Source: an uncultured Gammaproteobacteria bacterium (lineage in GTDB: Bacteria > Patescibacteriota > Microgenomatia > UBA8517 > JACQJR01). Taken from it: a stretch of DNA of 64,000 nt. The notes beneath the pieces were generated by a model. The model had not been told where the DNA came from. It saw only the letters and a list, made by a program, of their open reading frames with translations, and ran no database searches. How positions within the stretch are numbered: position 1 is the first letter of the stretch; each line of letters opens with the position of its first letter. The stretch spans positions 7,425-71,424 of the forward strand of contig CAYTZB010000004.1 in the NCBI GenBank assembly GCA_964442455.1, given 5' to 3'. The translations under genes and the position numbers were made by a program. Below, piece after piece: positions 18,685 through 28,541 of the stretch.

Positions 18685-19120
18685 TTAAGTTTACTTTATC
18701 GTATAGTTTTTGAATATCCCACTCTTTAATAAGAGAATATTAACGAGTGAGTGCGTAATTATCGCCTCAATTATTCCAAAGTTCACCACAACCCACCAAT
18801 AAAACAACCCCATAAAAAAGGCTGTAACAATAAACCTGAAGCCAAAATACCAATGAATCGCAGCGAAAATAACACTTGTTATTATCCCAACTTCCCAGAA
18901 TTTTCCTGGCGGTTGTCTTGAGCAACAGTATAGTTTGTTTCGTCAGAAACAAGCTCTGCTTATTTGAATTTATACAAAAGATAACGACGCTATTGTCGCT
19001 CGTTTGTTGAGAATATTTTAGGAGGTAATAAATAATCAGTCAACCATGAATTAACACCCAATGAAGAAAGTTCCCGTGTTTACTGTAAAAGACAGGAAAG
19101 TTAGAAGCACCTTCAGCCCT

Positions 19121-19804
19121 TTACCCTCTTATCTTATCGTACCAATCAAGCAGTATCTTTGAAACCAAGTCTTTCGCTCCCAATCCAATAAGTAGTCCAA
19201 GTGCCAGTGCGAGTGCCCAGGATAGCGTTTGGAATACTGCTTGTGTTAATGCTTCGGCAACACGAAGCTGCGAGAGTGCTGTGAAGAATGCAACTACTAC
19301 CACAACCCAGTACGCAAGTCGGCCGACCGGTCGCGCCGCATCATGGTCAACACTTGCAAGCGCCCCACGTACTAACCCTTCTGTAAGTCGTGCCACAAAG
19401 AATCCAGCTGCCAGGACCAGCGCTGACGCAAAGACATTAGGCAAATACCCCAAAATCTGCATTAACACATCAACGACAGGCGTCAATCCCAAAATATTAA
19501 CAGCCGCGATAAACCCAACCAGAATAATAATCCATCGCACAAACTCGCCAATGATTTGACTTACCGTAAGCTTTATCTCGGCGCGATGGAGCACTGTTCC
19601 AATACCTGCCGCCTGGACCAGCTGCTCAAGTTGCACGGCTTTCAGTACTTCCTCAACAAGTCGTCTCGCCCAGTAGGCAATTATGAGCGCGACTGCAAAT
19701 ACTAAACTAGCACCAATCGCAACAACAAGGACAGTAAGAACGCCCGGACCAACCTGTGCCCATGCCGAAAGAAGAGATGTCTGCCACACTTGAAGAAGAT
19801 TCAT
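19121..19804 (-). CDS. hypothetical multi-TM membrane protein (TM-helix-repeat type), somewhat GC-richer than its surroundings
   Basis: It is a hydrophobic repetitive protein with no enzymatic motif. Confidence 0.45.
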   Translation of the reverse strand: MNLLQVWQTSLLSAWAQVGPGVLTVLVVAIGASLVFAVALIIAYWARRLVEEVLKAVQLEQLVQAAGIGTVLHRAEIKLTVSQIIGEFVRWIIILVGFIAAVNILGLTPVVDVLMQILGYLPNVFASALVLAAGFFVARLTEGLVRGALASVDHDAARPVGRLAYWVVVVVAFFTALSQLRVAEALTQAVFQTLSWALALALGLLIGLGAKDLVSKILLDWYDKIRG

Positions 19805-19864
19805 CTAACGTTACTCACCTCCCTTCGCTCCATATCTAATCTCATTGTGAAAACTCTAACAAAC

Positions 19865-19894
19865 TTTGTCAAGGGGGCTCCTGGTGTGGTATAA
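19865..19894 (+). promoter_or_regulatory. rnpB promoter: TTGTCA (19865-19870), 18-nt spacer, extended -10 TGgTATAAT (19886-19894)
   Basis: This is a near-consensus promoter placed 6-7 nt upstream of the first P1 nucleotide of the RNase P RNA. Confidence 0.55.
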
Positions 19895-19900
19895 TAGGGG

Positions 19901-20318
19901 CGTCAAGGAGCAGGACAATCGCCCCACCCTTTCTGGTTGGGATCAAATAGGAAGAAAATCGTGATCGGAAAGGGTGGGGAGGAAAGTCCAGGCAGCAGGA
20001 AGCAGGGGACCCCGCGTAAGCGGGGACGGGTACCCTTCGACGTAGCTCAGGGTAGCCTGAGTAAAATCGAAGGCTAACCGCTAGTGGTCCTTCACTGAAA
20101 AGTGTAGGACACCAAACCTGAATTGACAGGGTTGGAGAGTCACAGAGACGATCATTAGTCTAAACCCTGACGGGTATGACCAATGAGTGAAACGCTGACA
20201 ATCCTCCCCGCTGCAACCTCCGAATGGTCCGCTATCAGGATGCTTCCCCGAGGACCAAAGTTGAGGGCACAGACAGATGATTGTCTAGAACAGAACCTGG
20301 CTTACTCGCTCCTTGACA
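19901..20318 (+). ncRNA. rnpB: RNase P RNA, bacterial type A
   Basis: It contains the conserved GGAGGAAAGTCCAGGC (P4 5' strand region) and ACAGAACCTGGCTTA (P4 3' strand). The 5' GTCAAGGAGC pairs perfectly with the 3' GCTCCTTGAC to form P1. The region is GC-rich relative to its flanks. Confidence 0.8.
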
Positions 20319-20451
20319 AATTAAACTATAAATAGCACGAGCAAGGTTCCCGAAGGGGTTCTTACTCGCTCCTTGGCAAAAATACTATCTAGATAATGCG
20401 AGCAAGAGGAGCGTAGGCTGAAAGCCGAGAACTCTTACTCGCTCCTTGACC
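20301..20451 (+). repeat. three direct copies of the 18-nt rnpB 3'-terminal P1 strand (cttactcgctccttgRca) at 20301, 20361 and 20434
   Basis: The copies are exact or 1-mismatch. Their spacing is irregular (60 and 73 nt) and the spacers contain short hairpins. Confidence 0.5.
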
Positions 20452-21421
20452 TTAAATTCCAATCTTTAAAAAACTCAACTACTGTAACTTGGGCAACAAG
20501 AAGTACGGGGACCGCCAGAATGGCTCCCATAATACCGCCAAGTTCAACTCCTACACTCAGTGCAATAAGCGTTGCAAGAGGCGGCAATCCCACGGAGCGC
20601 TCCATAACTTTGGGCACAATCACACTATTTTCTACCTGCTGAATTAAAAAATACAGCGCTGCAACGGAAATTCCTATGACCGGCGAAATGGTAAAGCCCA
20701 CGATAATCGCCGGAATTGCAGCGACAACAGGACCAACATTAGGCACTACTTCCAATAACCCTGCAAGAATAGCAAGGGGTAGAGCGAAGTGAACACCTAA
20801 AAGTCGGAGTCCCGTATAAGTAAGAAGGCCAATTATTGTCATAAGTAGCAGCTCACCTCGTACCCAGCCACCGAGTCGCCGCTCAAGTGTGGCAAGAAAT
20901 GTTTTCGTGCGAACTCCGTCTTTACCAAAAAGGAATACTACCCTACGGTCCAAATTACCCCACTCTAAAAGCAAGTAAAAGGCCAGTACAAGAACGATAA
21001 AAACAGCAATTATGTTTGAAAAAAGTGATATGACAAATTGAAAGATATTTGCAGGAATCCGCCCGAGATTGACGAGCTGTTGCGAGATGAGATTTTGATC
21101 CACCCCCACAACACCAAGCCGAGTCATATATTCCGGTAAACGTGAGACGAGTACGCTTGTCTGATCAATAAGAGGAGGAATAATACTTACTGCCACGCCT
21201 AACACAACTCCAAGCACGAACAAGTAAACAAGAAGAATTGCAACTGGACGAGGGATACGAAATCTTGTTAACCGGAGAACGAGAGGATTAAACGCAGTTG
21301 CAAGGATAAAGGCAATAAACAGTGCGAGAATCACCGACCGAATCTGCCACAGTAACCACAAGCCAATAAGAAAAAGAACGGTAAAGACAATAGTACGATG
21401 GGAAATTTCAATGGTTCTCAT
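20435..21421 (-). CDS. AI-2E family transporter (PerM-like permease)
   Basis: It is an 8-TM protein with AI-2E family topology and conserved blocks. Confidence 0.7.
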   Translation of the reverse strand: MRTIEISHRTIVFTVLFLIGLWLLWQIRSVILALFIAFILATAFNPLVLRLTRFRIPRPVAILLVYLFVLGVVLGVAVSIIPPLIDQTSVLVSRLPEYMTRLGVVGVDQNLISQQLVNLGRIPANIFQFVISLFSNIIAVFIVLVLAFYLLLEWGNLDRRVVFLFGKDGVRTKTFLATLERRLGGWVRGELLLMTIIGLLTYTGLRLLGVHFALPLAILAGLLEVVPNVGPVVAAIPAIIVGFTISPVIGISVAALYFLIQQVENSVIVPKVMERSVGLPPLATLIALSVGVELGGIMGAILAVPVLLVAQVTVVEFFKDWNLRSRSE

Positions 21422-21501
21422 AGTTAAATAGTTAAATGGCTACATGGCTTCATTATTCAATTGTTTAAAACCATGTAACCATGAAACAATGTAACAATTT
21501 T

Positions 21502-22455
21502 TCATCTCCTATTGTACCATGCCTGAACCTTTTTCTCCACGTCTTCCTCCCACCTTTTCTTTGTTACATCAAACCACTGGATTCTTTTATCTCTCTTAAA
21601 CCAGGTTAATTGTCTCCTCGCATAGTGCCATTCATCTACTTTCCACCTTTCAACCACTTCTTCCTTTTTTGATTTTCCTTCAAAATACGGTTTCCATTGG
21701 CGATATCCCAACGCATTCATTGCTTGAAAATTCCAGCCCACCCCACTACCCAAAAGCTTCATCACCTCATCCTCAGCACCCTTTATAACCCACTTTTCAA
21801 TGCGTCGTTCAATTCTCTGGCGCAATATATTGTACGAGCAAACCAAACCAATCATTACAACCTTTAAATTTTTCCACTTTTTCCCAGACACTTCTTTAAC
21901 TCCCATTTGCGCAATTTCAATTTTTCGAATTAAACGTTGTTTATTTTTACGCTCAGAAACATTAAGAGTATTTGCGGTGTCAGGAGACAAATGAAATAAA
22001 ATATTAAAAAGTTCTTCTGCACTCTTTTTTTCATATGCTGCCCGAAGTTGGGGATGTGGAGGAACGCCCAACGTATCTATTCCATCAATCATAGCTTTGA
22101 CGTACAAACCCGTCCCACCGACAAGAATTGGTAGCTTTTCCCTCTTCCAGATATCCTCAATAACTTTGTGCGCCCGCTCATGATACTCGGCAACAGAAAA
22201 AGAGTGTGTCGGCTCGACGACATCCAACATCCACACTGGAATACTATCAAATAAATAATACCCAAGTTTGGAGTTTTTGAGTTTTTGATACGTGGAGTTT
22301 TTGGGTAAATCCTTTCCCGTCGCAATGTCCATCCCACGATACACTTGCCGCGAGTCGACCGACACCATCTCTCCATCAAACTTTTTCGCAAGTCGTACAC
22401 CAAGTTGTGTCTTTCCAGTAGCAGTAGGTCCACAGATTACCAGAAGTTTCATCAT
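21502..22455 (-). CDS. miaA: tRNA dimethylallyltransferase
   Basis: It has a P-loop (GPTATGKT) and the MiaA block VSVDSRQVYRGMDIATGK. Confidence 0.85.
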   Translation of the reverse strand: MMKLLVICGPTATGKTQLGVRLAKKFDGEMVSVDSRQVYRGMDIATGKDLPKNSTYQKLKNSKLGYYLFDSIPVWMLDVVEPTHSFSVAEYHERAHKVIEDIWKREKLPILVGGTGLYVKAMIDGIDTLGVPPHPQLRAAYEKKSAEELFNILFHLSPDTANTLNVSERKNKQRLIRKIEIAQMGVKEVSGKKWKNLKVVMIGLVCSYNILRQRIERRIEKWVIKGAEDEVMKLLGSGVGWNFQAMNALGYRQWKPYFEGKSKKEEVVERWKVDEWHYARRQLTWFKRDKRIQWFDVTKKRWEEDVEKKVQAWYNRR

Positions 22456-22457
22456 TT

Positions 22458-23249
22458 TTAACTACTTGCACTTGAATAATTTTTCAGTGCCCAGTGCCAA
22501 AAGAAAAGTGATAAGCGAAAAGCGACAATGGAGAACAGGAAAGAATAGACTATAATCGGCCACTCAAGAATCCCCATTAATGTTTTCGCCGGAACCGTCA
22601 TCATAAGACCAACCGGAATGGCAAATGTTAAGAGCCCTCGAATGGGTTCTTTATAGAAATCAATTGGCACCCTCGCCATTGCAGTTAAATCGCGATAAAT
22701 CCACATCGTGTGGTCAATTGCAGTCGTCACTACTCCAAGAGCCAGAACTGCAATATGAAACGCTGTGGCAAAAAGGAGCGCATTACCCAACAACACAAGA
22801 TAAGCTACCAGAGAAAGAGATGAAGGGTGGAGATTGGCACCAACCGCAACTACCAATATAAGAAGCGGTGGAAGTGTGAGCAAATCCAAAATATCTATCC
22901 GCCCCAGCAGGGCGCGGAAAAGAGGATTCACTGGTCGAGACAGCACCAAGTCAAAACCTCCCGTCACGATTTGTGCTCTAAACCAATATACTTCGCGAAA
23001 GAGCATTTGAGAAACGACATCAACTAAATTAAAGGTTAAGAAAAAGAAGATAACCTGAGTGGTGGTATATCCCGCAAGAGCTTGGGTTCTCTGTGAAAGG
23101 ATAAAGAGGAATAAAAAGAAAAAGAGAAAACGAAGAATCTTGCCCGCAAGGAAAAGGACAGCCCCCGCTCTATTAGAAAGTGCAGTTGAAAACGCCGTCC
23201 TAGAACTCACCCACCACACACCCAGATACTTAGAAATTTTAATGGTCAT
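22458..23249 (-). CDS. ABC-2 type transporter permease
   Basis: It is a 6-TM protein coupled to the adjacent permease and ATPase. Confidence 0.6.
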   Translation of the reverse strand: MTIKISKYLGVWWVSSRTAFSTALSNRAGAVLFLAGKILRFLFFFLFLFILSQRTQALAGYTTTQVIFFFLTFNLVDVVSQMLFREVYWFRAQIVTGGFDLVLSRPVNPLFRALLGRIDILDLLTLPPLLILVVAVGANLHPSSLSLVAYLVLLGNALLFATAFHIAVLALGVVTTAIDHTMWIYRDLTAMARVPIDFYKEPIRGLLTFAIPVGLMMTVPAKTLMGILEWPIIVYSFLFSIVAFRLSLFFWHWALKNYSSASS

Positions 23250-24058
23250 CTCCCTTCAGCTCCATAGGTACGCAACCCCCTCATCCATACCGCCTGCACT
23301 GCCCACATAAAGAACACTGTCCACAAGACAAGCACTCCAAATCCCATCAGTATTTCATTAAAGCCAAGCTGTCCCAAATAAATTTTTGCCGGGAAGAAAA
23401 GCATATAGGGAAAAGGTGTTAGTTGTAACGCACGGAATACTGTGGAGGGCAAAATATCAAGCGGGAAAAAACCACCGGCTAAAAATTCGAGTGTCATCAT
23501 GGCAAGAAACCGAATTCCCCACGCTTCAGCAACCCAAAATGCCGCCATTGAAAGAAGGAATGAAAAATAGAAATAAAGAATAAGGGCAAGAAGCGATGCG
23601 GCAAGAGTTGCTAACACTAACACAATGTTCGACTGAAGTATTAATGGGGGTTGAAAAAGAAACCAAAGAAGTGAAAGTTCGACCAGAGCAAACGCAATAT
23701 TTAACACCTTATCCGCAGCATCGCGTGCCCACCACCACCCGATGTAAGACAGCGGCCGAAGAAGAAAGTTCGTTAATTCCCCATCGCGAATATCACCCGC
23801 CACATCTCCCACGCTGCGCGAAGAAAGAACAAGTGAACGCAAGAACGCAACACTTATGATATAGGTCAAAATTTGAGCTCTTTCATACCCAAATACCACC
23901 TCCTGCTGCAAAAAGACAGTTGACCACAGAAAATAAAGGAGAAGAATTTGTAATACCACACGCACTCGCCACAATACAAAGTTGAGCTTCCATACAAACA
24001 TTTCTGATATACTCACCACGAAGACCTGATAATATTTTCGAAGACTATTCAAAAGCAT
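23246..24058 (-). CDS. ABC-2 type transporter permease
   Basis: It is a multi-TM protein with a 4-nt overlap with the downstream permease gene. Confidence 0.6.
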   Translation of the reverse strand: MLLNSLRKYYQVFVVSISEMFVWKLNFVLWRVRVVLQILLLYFLWSTVFLQQEVVFGYERAQILTYIISVAFLRSLVLSSRSVGDVAGDIRDGELTNFLLRPLSYIGWWWARDAADKVLNIAFALVELSLLWFLFQPPLILQSNIVLVLATLAASLLALILYFYFSFLLSMAAFWVAEAWGIRFLAMMTLEFLAGGFFPLDILPSTVFRALQLTPFPYMLFFPAKIYLGQLGFNEILMGFGVLVLWTVFFMWAVQAVWMRGLRTYGAEGR

Positions 24059-24087
24059 ATACTTATCTTACTTAAAGTTTTTAACTT

Positions 24088-25083
24088 TTAAGCCTGCCTG
24101 CCGGCAGGCAGGGTATTCGTAAAAATCTTCCGAATAACTTCTTCAATTGGTGGTTCTTCAATCGTTACATCGGCAACGGAGAAATTTTGGAGAAGGCGTG
24201 CCGCCGCTCCCGGTGCCGCAGCGCGAGGAATACGAATTTCAACCCGAGGAAACTGATAGGAGATTACCTCACCTATTTCAGATAATTCTTGCATATTTGG
24301 TTCGTTCGTGAGCAGCGCGCGTATTACCTTCTCATTTACCCATCGCTCTACAATTTTTGCCAAACTTCCCTCAAAAATAAGTCTTCCCTCATTGATGATG
24401 CAGACACGACTTGCAAGTTTGGCAATATCACCCATATAGTGACTGGTCAAAAGCACCGTCGCTCCCGTCTTTTTATTGTAGGCAGTAATAAATTCCCTAA
24501 TATTCTGCGCTGCAACTACATCAAGTCCAATGGTGGGTTCATCCAAAAAAAGAATTCGAGGGCGGTGAAGCAGCGTTGCAACCAATTCCAGTCGCATGCG
24601 CTGACCGAGCGAGAGTTTGCGCACTGGGGTTGTAAGAAGTTGTTCTACCTCTAAAAGGGATACAAGCTCTTCTAATGTTTGCTTGAACTCAACTTTCGGG
24701 ATCTCGTAAATTGCACGGTTAAGAAGAAACGAATCCATCGCAGGCAACTCCCAGAGCAGTTGATTTTTTTGCCCCATCACGAGCGTTATTTTTTTTAAGA
24801 ATTCTTCCTCTCGTCTCCAGGGAATATGCCCTGCCACTCGTGCCTTCCCCGCGGTTGGATAAAGAACACCGGAGAGTATTTTCAGTGTTGTAGTTTTACC
24901 CGCACCATTTGGTCCAATAAATCCTACAAGCTCTCCTTCGTCAATTGTGAAGGAAATATCATCGACGGCTCGAACGATTTTCTTTTTGGGCTGAAAGAAT
25001 GAACTAACTACCCCTAGAAGTCCTGCTTCTCTTTGGGGAACAGAGAAGTGTTTCTTGAGATTCTCAATCTGAACCGCAACCAC
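24088..25083 (-). CDS. ABC transporter ATP-binding protein
   Basis: Walker A (GPNGAGKTT), the LSGGQ-like signature (LSLGQRMR) and Walker B (LFLDEPT) are present. Confidence 0.85.
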   Translation of the reverse strand: MVAVQIENLKKHFSVPQREAGLLGVVSSFFQPKKKIVRAVDDISFTIDEGELVGFIGPNGAGKTTTLKILSGVLYPTAGKARVAGHIPWRREEEFLKKITLVMGQKNQLLWELPAMDSFLLNRAIYEIPKVEFKQTLEELVSLLEVEQLLTTPVRKLSLGQRMRLELVATLLHRPRILFLDEPTIGLDVVAAQNIREFITAYNKKTGATVLLTSHYMGDIAKLASRVCIINEGRLIFEGSLAKIVERWVNEKVIRALLTNEPNMQELSEIGEVISYQFPRVEIRIPRAAAPGAAARLLQNFSVADVTIEEPPIEEVIRKIFTNTLPAGRQA

Positions 25084-25101
25084 AAGGCAAGTATAGCAGA
25101 A

Positions 25102-25377
25102 TTACTTCTTAATTATCCTCTTTAATGTTTTGCCGGGGATGAAGCGAGGAAGGCGATGAGCTGGGACTTGTCGCTCAACTCCACTCTTTGGAACAATCAC
25201 TCGCTTTGCTCTCATTTGAATAACATGGAAGGTTCCAAATCCCGAAAGTACAATTCGTTCGCCTTTCTGAAGCTGGCGAACAACTTCTTCCAAGAATGTC
25301 TCAACTGCTTCAGTCGCCGCTCTTTTGGTCAAATGAGCTTTGCGTGCAACTATGTCAATCAATTGCCGTTTCGTCAT
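25102..25377 (-). CDS. hup: HU/IHF-family DNA-binding protein
   Basis: It is 91 aa with the HU signature GFGTF and a C-terminal arm. Confidence 0.85.
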   Translation of the reverse strand: MTKRQLIDIVARKAHLTKRAATEAVETFLEEVVRQLQKGERIVLSGFGTFHVIQMRAKRVIVPKSGVERQVPAHRLPRFIPGKTLKRIIKK

Positions 25378-25423
25378 TGAGGAGAGAATATATTAAGGAA
25401 GGTAATTTGTCAAGCCTTCAACG

Positions 25424-26707
25424 TTACTTTGCTTTCGTTGTAGCCTCAGTTCGGGACTCTCGTATAAGTGTCACCTTAATTTGTCCTGCATACGCGACTT
25501 TCTCCTCAAGTGTTTTGGCAATATCATGAGCAAGCACAGTCAGCTCGCTATCCGAAACTTCCTCTGGACGGACCAAGACCCGCACTTCCCGTCCGGCTTG
25601 GAACGCAAAGGCCTGCTCAACTCCTGGGAATCCCTTCACGATATTCTCAATCTGTTCCATGTGCTTGGCATAATCCTCAAATGGCTCATACCGTGCGCCT
25701 GGGCGCGCACCTGATATGGCATCAGCAATCCAAACAACCACTGACTCAACAGTGGAGAACGGTTTATCCTCATGATGTTCACCAATTGCGTTCACCACTC
25801 GCTCAGGTAGCCCAAACTTTTTAGCCACAGAAACTCCAAGCTCAACGTGAGTCCCTTCTTCCTCTGAAACCACCTTTCCAATATCGCACAAAAGACACGC
25901 AAGTCTGACCGTATCGACATCCGCACCCACATCTTTTGCAATTTGTACACCGATTTTTACTTGTTCAATCTGATGGAATGCGAGGTTTTGACCATAGGAT
26001 GTCCTAAACCGGTAACGACCAATGAGGTGAAGAAGCTCTAACGGTAGGTTATAAATACCCACATCATGGGCAATCTTTTTTCCTTCCTCAAGGAGCACCT
26101 GGTCCATCTTTGCGCGAGTTTGGGCAACAATCTCCTCAATCCTTGCCGGCTGGATACGAGTATCTCGAATGAGTTGTTCAAGCGCCCGTCGGGCAATCTC
26201 ACGCCTTATTGGGTCAAACGAAGAAATTCGAATGTCATTTGTCTCGTCAATCTCAATCTCAGTTCCCGTTGCATGCTCGAACGCTCTAATATTCCTTCCT
26301 TCTCGACCAATTATTCTTCCTTTTATTTCTTCATCAGGAACACGAATAGTAGAAACCGTGTACTCAGCAACGTAGGAGGTCGCTCCATGCTGCATTGCCT
26401 CAACAAGAACCTCACGCGCCTTTTCTTCCGACTCCAGTTTTATTTTCTCTTCAGACGCTCGTATACGTTTTGCAACCTCGGTCGCTAATTCTTTCTCAAC
26501 TTCAGCAAGCAGCTGCTGTCGTGCCTCTTCTTTCGTTAAACCGGATAGCTTCTCGAGTTTTACAATATAATCGTCCCTTCGACTTTGCTCAGGGTAAACT
26601 TTCGTGGTTTTTACCATCTTACGTGGAGGACTACGAAGAAAAGGAGAGACAAAGATTATGCTATCAACGCGATAGGAAGATACACCTGTGAAAACAGGCA
26701 CACCCAA
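25424..26707 (-). CDS. rny: ribonuclease Y (KH + HD domains); the true start is probably internal (MVKTTKVYPE...)
   Basis: It has a coiled-coil region, a KH domain (GRIIGREGRNIRAFE) and an HD domain (LCDIGK). Confidence 0.75.
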   Translation of the reverse strand: MGVPVFTGVSSYRVDSIIFVSPFLRSPPRKMVKTTKVYPEQSRRDDYIVKLEKLSGLTKEEARQQLLAEVEKELATEVAKRIRASEEKIKLESEEKAREVLVEAMQHGATSYVAEYTVSTIRVPDEEIKGRIIGREGRNIRAFEHATGTEIEIDETNDIRISSFDPIRREIARRALEQLIRDTRIQPARIEEIVAQTRAKMDQVLLEEGKKIAHDVGIYNLPLELLHLIGRYRFRTSYGQNLAFHQIEQVKIGVQIAKDVGADVDTVRLACLLCDIGKVVSEEEGTHVELGVSVAKKFGLPERVVNAIGEHHEDKPFSTVESVVVWIADAISGARPGARYEPFEDYAKHMEQIENIVKGFPGVEQAFAFQAGREVRVLVRPEEVSDSELTVLAHDIAKTLEEKVAYAGQIKVTLIRESRTEATTKAK

Positions 26708-26837
26708 TTTCTCTGACAGTAACTCACCCCTTCAACTCCGTTCAGGGTGACCCTGAGTGAAATTGAATGGGTCATCTTGTACTCCATAGTTCTCCTAAAT
26801 TAGGAGTATACTGTAAATTGGCAACTTACGTCAATAA

Positions 26838-27281
26838 GTGGAAACAATGGAAACAATTTCTATAGGTGTGGAGAAGACTGGAATCATTCTCCTCATCATA
26901 ACTGCCACTCTTATAACAGCAATTGCGACAATTGAAGCGGGGTATGTTACCCAACTCAAAGATAAATTACGCCGCATGGCCGGAAAGGATCAACCTGCCC
27001 AAAAAAGATTTCGTGCAGCTGTTGAAGATTTTAAAAGGGCAGAAAACACCTTCAGATTTCTCTTGCTCGGATTTTACTTATTTTCTCTTGCAGCATGGCT
27101 TGTTTTCTTAACAGCAGTCATTATTAGCTTTACGGAGTTTATGGATCAAAAAGATGTTGCGTGGGTTTTTATCACTTTTACAAGCTTACTATTATTTATG
27201 GGTTGGACTTTTCTCATAATTGTGGCAGTAATAAGCTATAGCTGGCGTGATCCGGCGGGTGTTCGAGACAAAAATATTTAG
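26838..27281 (+). CDS. hypothetical membrane protein (147 aa)
   Basis: It has 3-4 TM helices and no known motif. Confidence 0.45.
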   Translation: METMETISIGVEKTGIILLIITATLITAIATIEAGYVTQLKDKLRRMAGKDQPAQKRFRAAVEDFKRAENTFRFLLLGFYLFSLAAWLVFLTAVIISFTEFMDQKDVAWVFITFTSLLLFMGWTFLIIVAVISYSWRDPAGVRDKNI

Positions 27282-27395
27282 CGTTTGTGGCTAGTGGGGA
27301 TTTTTAAATGGAGAAATTAATTCAAGAATCTCTTAATAATATTCCATCCAAACCCGCGGCTTGTGAGGAGATCCATAGTCTACTTGTGTTGTAAT

Positions 27396-28511
27396 TTAAT
27401 CTTTGGGTATTGGGATTTCGTAGTACTCACAATAACCACGAATGAGTTGTGGAACGTTCGTTTCAACTTTCCTTCCAGGTTGTGATTCATTAACAACCAC
27501 CCATGGATCTCTATGCATTCCCATCTCAAACGCTTTCTCGATTTCTTGTCGAATTTGCGCTTGGACTCTTCTTCGCCCCTCAGTTACTGGAATTGACCTA
27601 ACGATTCTCAAATCTTCCTCATCTTCTCTCACTTGCCGCTCATACGAAGGATCATCCAATCCCAAAGTAATTCTTGGCAATCTGATTCCTCTAATTCCTG
27701 CTAATCTTGCTATTAATTCCTCTTCCTTCCCAACCAACTCTTCAATATTTTCTAAAATTGCAAATTTTCTTTTTTGGATCTCATTATGTACTACCTTTTG
27801 AACTGACGGGGGGAGGTTGCTAGGTTTCTCTAAGGCTCGTTGTGCTCTTTCATATAAAACTAAAATATCAACATCTCGAAGTCTTTCTTCTTGACTTCGT
27901 GTGAGAAAGTCATCGTACCCTCGCTCCATCGACCAATATTCATACGCCATATTCTTTTTAGAACGGTCTAAAAACCATTTATAAACTGCTTCATCGCCCA
28001 CTATCACTTGAAAGGTTGCAGCTCCCAAAGCACCTCCGGGGTTCTTACGCGAAAGAGGCCTATCCAAAAATATAAGACTCGTTTCAAAACCTCGGATTGA
28101 ATCCTCCCTTGTTCTTACACCATCTCTCCTTGGATAGCTATTAATAATGGCATGTTTTGGTGTAACAATACCTAGGTCAATAGCATATCCTGGATGAAGT
28201 TCTAGAAACGGTGGTGTAACAATGCCTACATATAATTCTTCTATAATGTTCTCTCTCTCCCAATGCTGAGAAGCCATCAAAACAAACTCCCCTGGATGGT
28301 TTGTAAGATTATCCTCTAGCTGATGGAGTCTTTGTTCTAGGGATTCATTAATACCATGCCATGCTACCACGTGGTCACGTATTCTATCCCCAGTGGTTTC
28401 ACCCCCTCGTAATCGTTCTTGAAATTGTTGAAGTGACTCTTGAAGGTGGGTTTGTTCTCCCTGGTTAGACTGAGTTAACTGTTTAAGTCTGTCGTATTCC
28501 GCTTGCGCCAT
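27396..28511 (-). CDS. hypothetical protein (371 aa) with an N-terminal coiled-coil, co-directional and 30 nt downstream of recX
   Basis: It is a long intact ORF with no motif recognised by eye. Confidence 0.55.
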   Translation of the reverse strand: MAQAEYDRLKQLTQSNQGEQTHLQESLQQFQERLRGGETTGDRIRDHVVAWHGINESLEQRLHQLEDNLTNHPGEFVLMASQHWERENIIEELYVGIVTPPFLELHPGYAIDLGIVTPKHAIINSYPRRDGVRTREDSIRGFETSLIFLDRPLSRKNPGGALGAATFQVIVGDEAVYKWFLDRSKKNMAYEYWSMERGYDDFLTRSQEERLRDVDILVLYERAQRALEKPSNLPPSVQKVVHNEIQKRKFAILENIEELVGKEEELIARLAGIRGIRLPRITLGLDDPSYERQVREDEEDLRIVRSIPVTEGRRRVQAQIRQEIEKAFEMGMHRDPWVVVNESQPGRKVETNVPQLIRGYCEYYEIPIPKD

Positions 28512-28541
28512 ATTTATTATAGGACAGCTAAAAATAGCACC

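Noticed and set aside
20301-20451. A possible CRISPR array, suggested by three direct repeats of 18 nt.
   Set aside because: There are only three copies and the spacing is irregular (60 and 73 nt). The repeat is identical to the rnpB 3' end and no cas genes are nearby. It is better explained as duplication of the RNase P RNA terminus.
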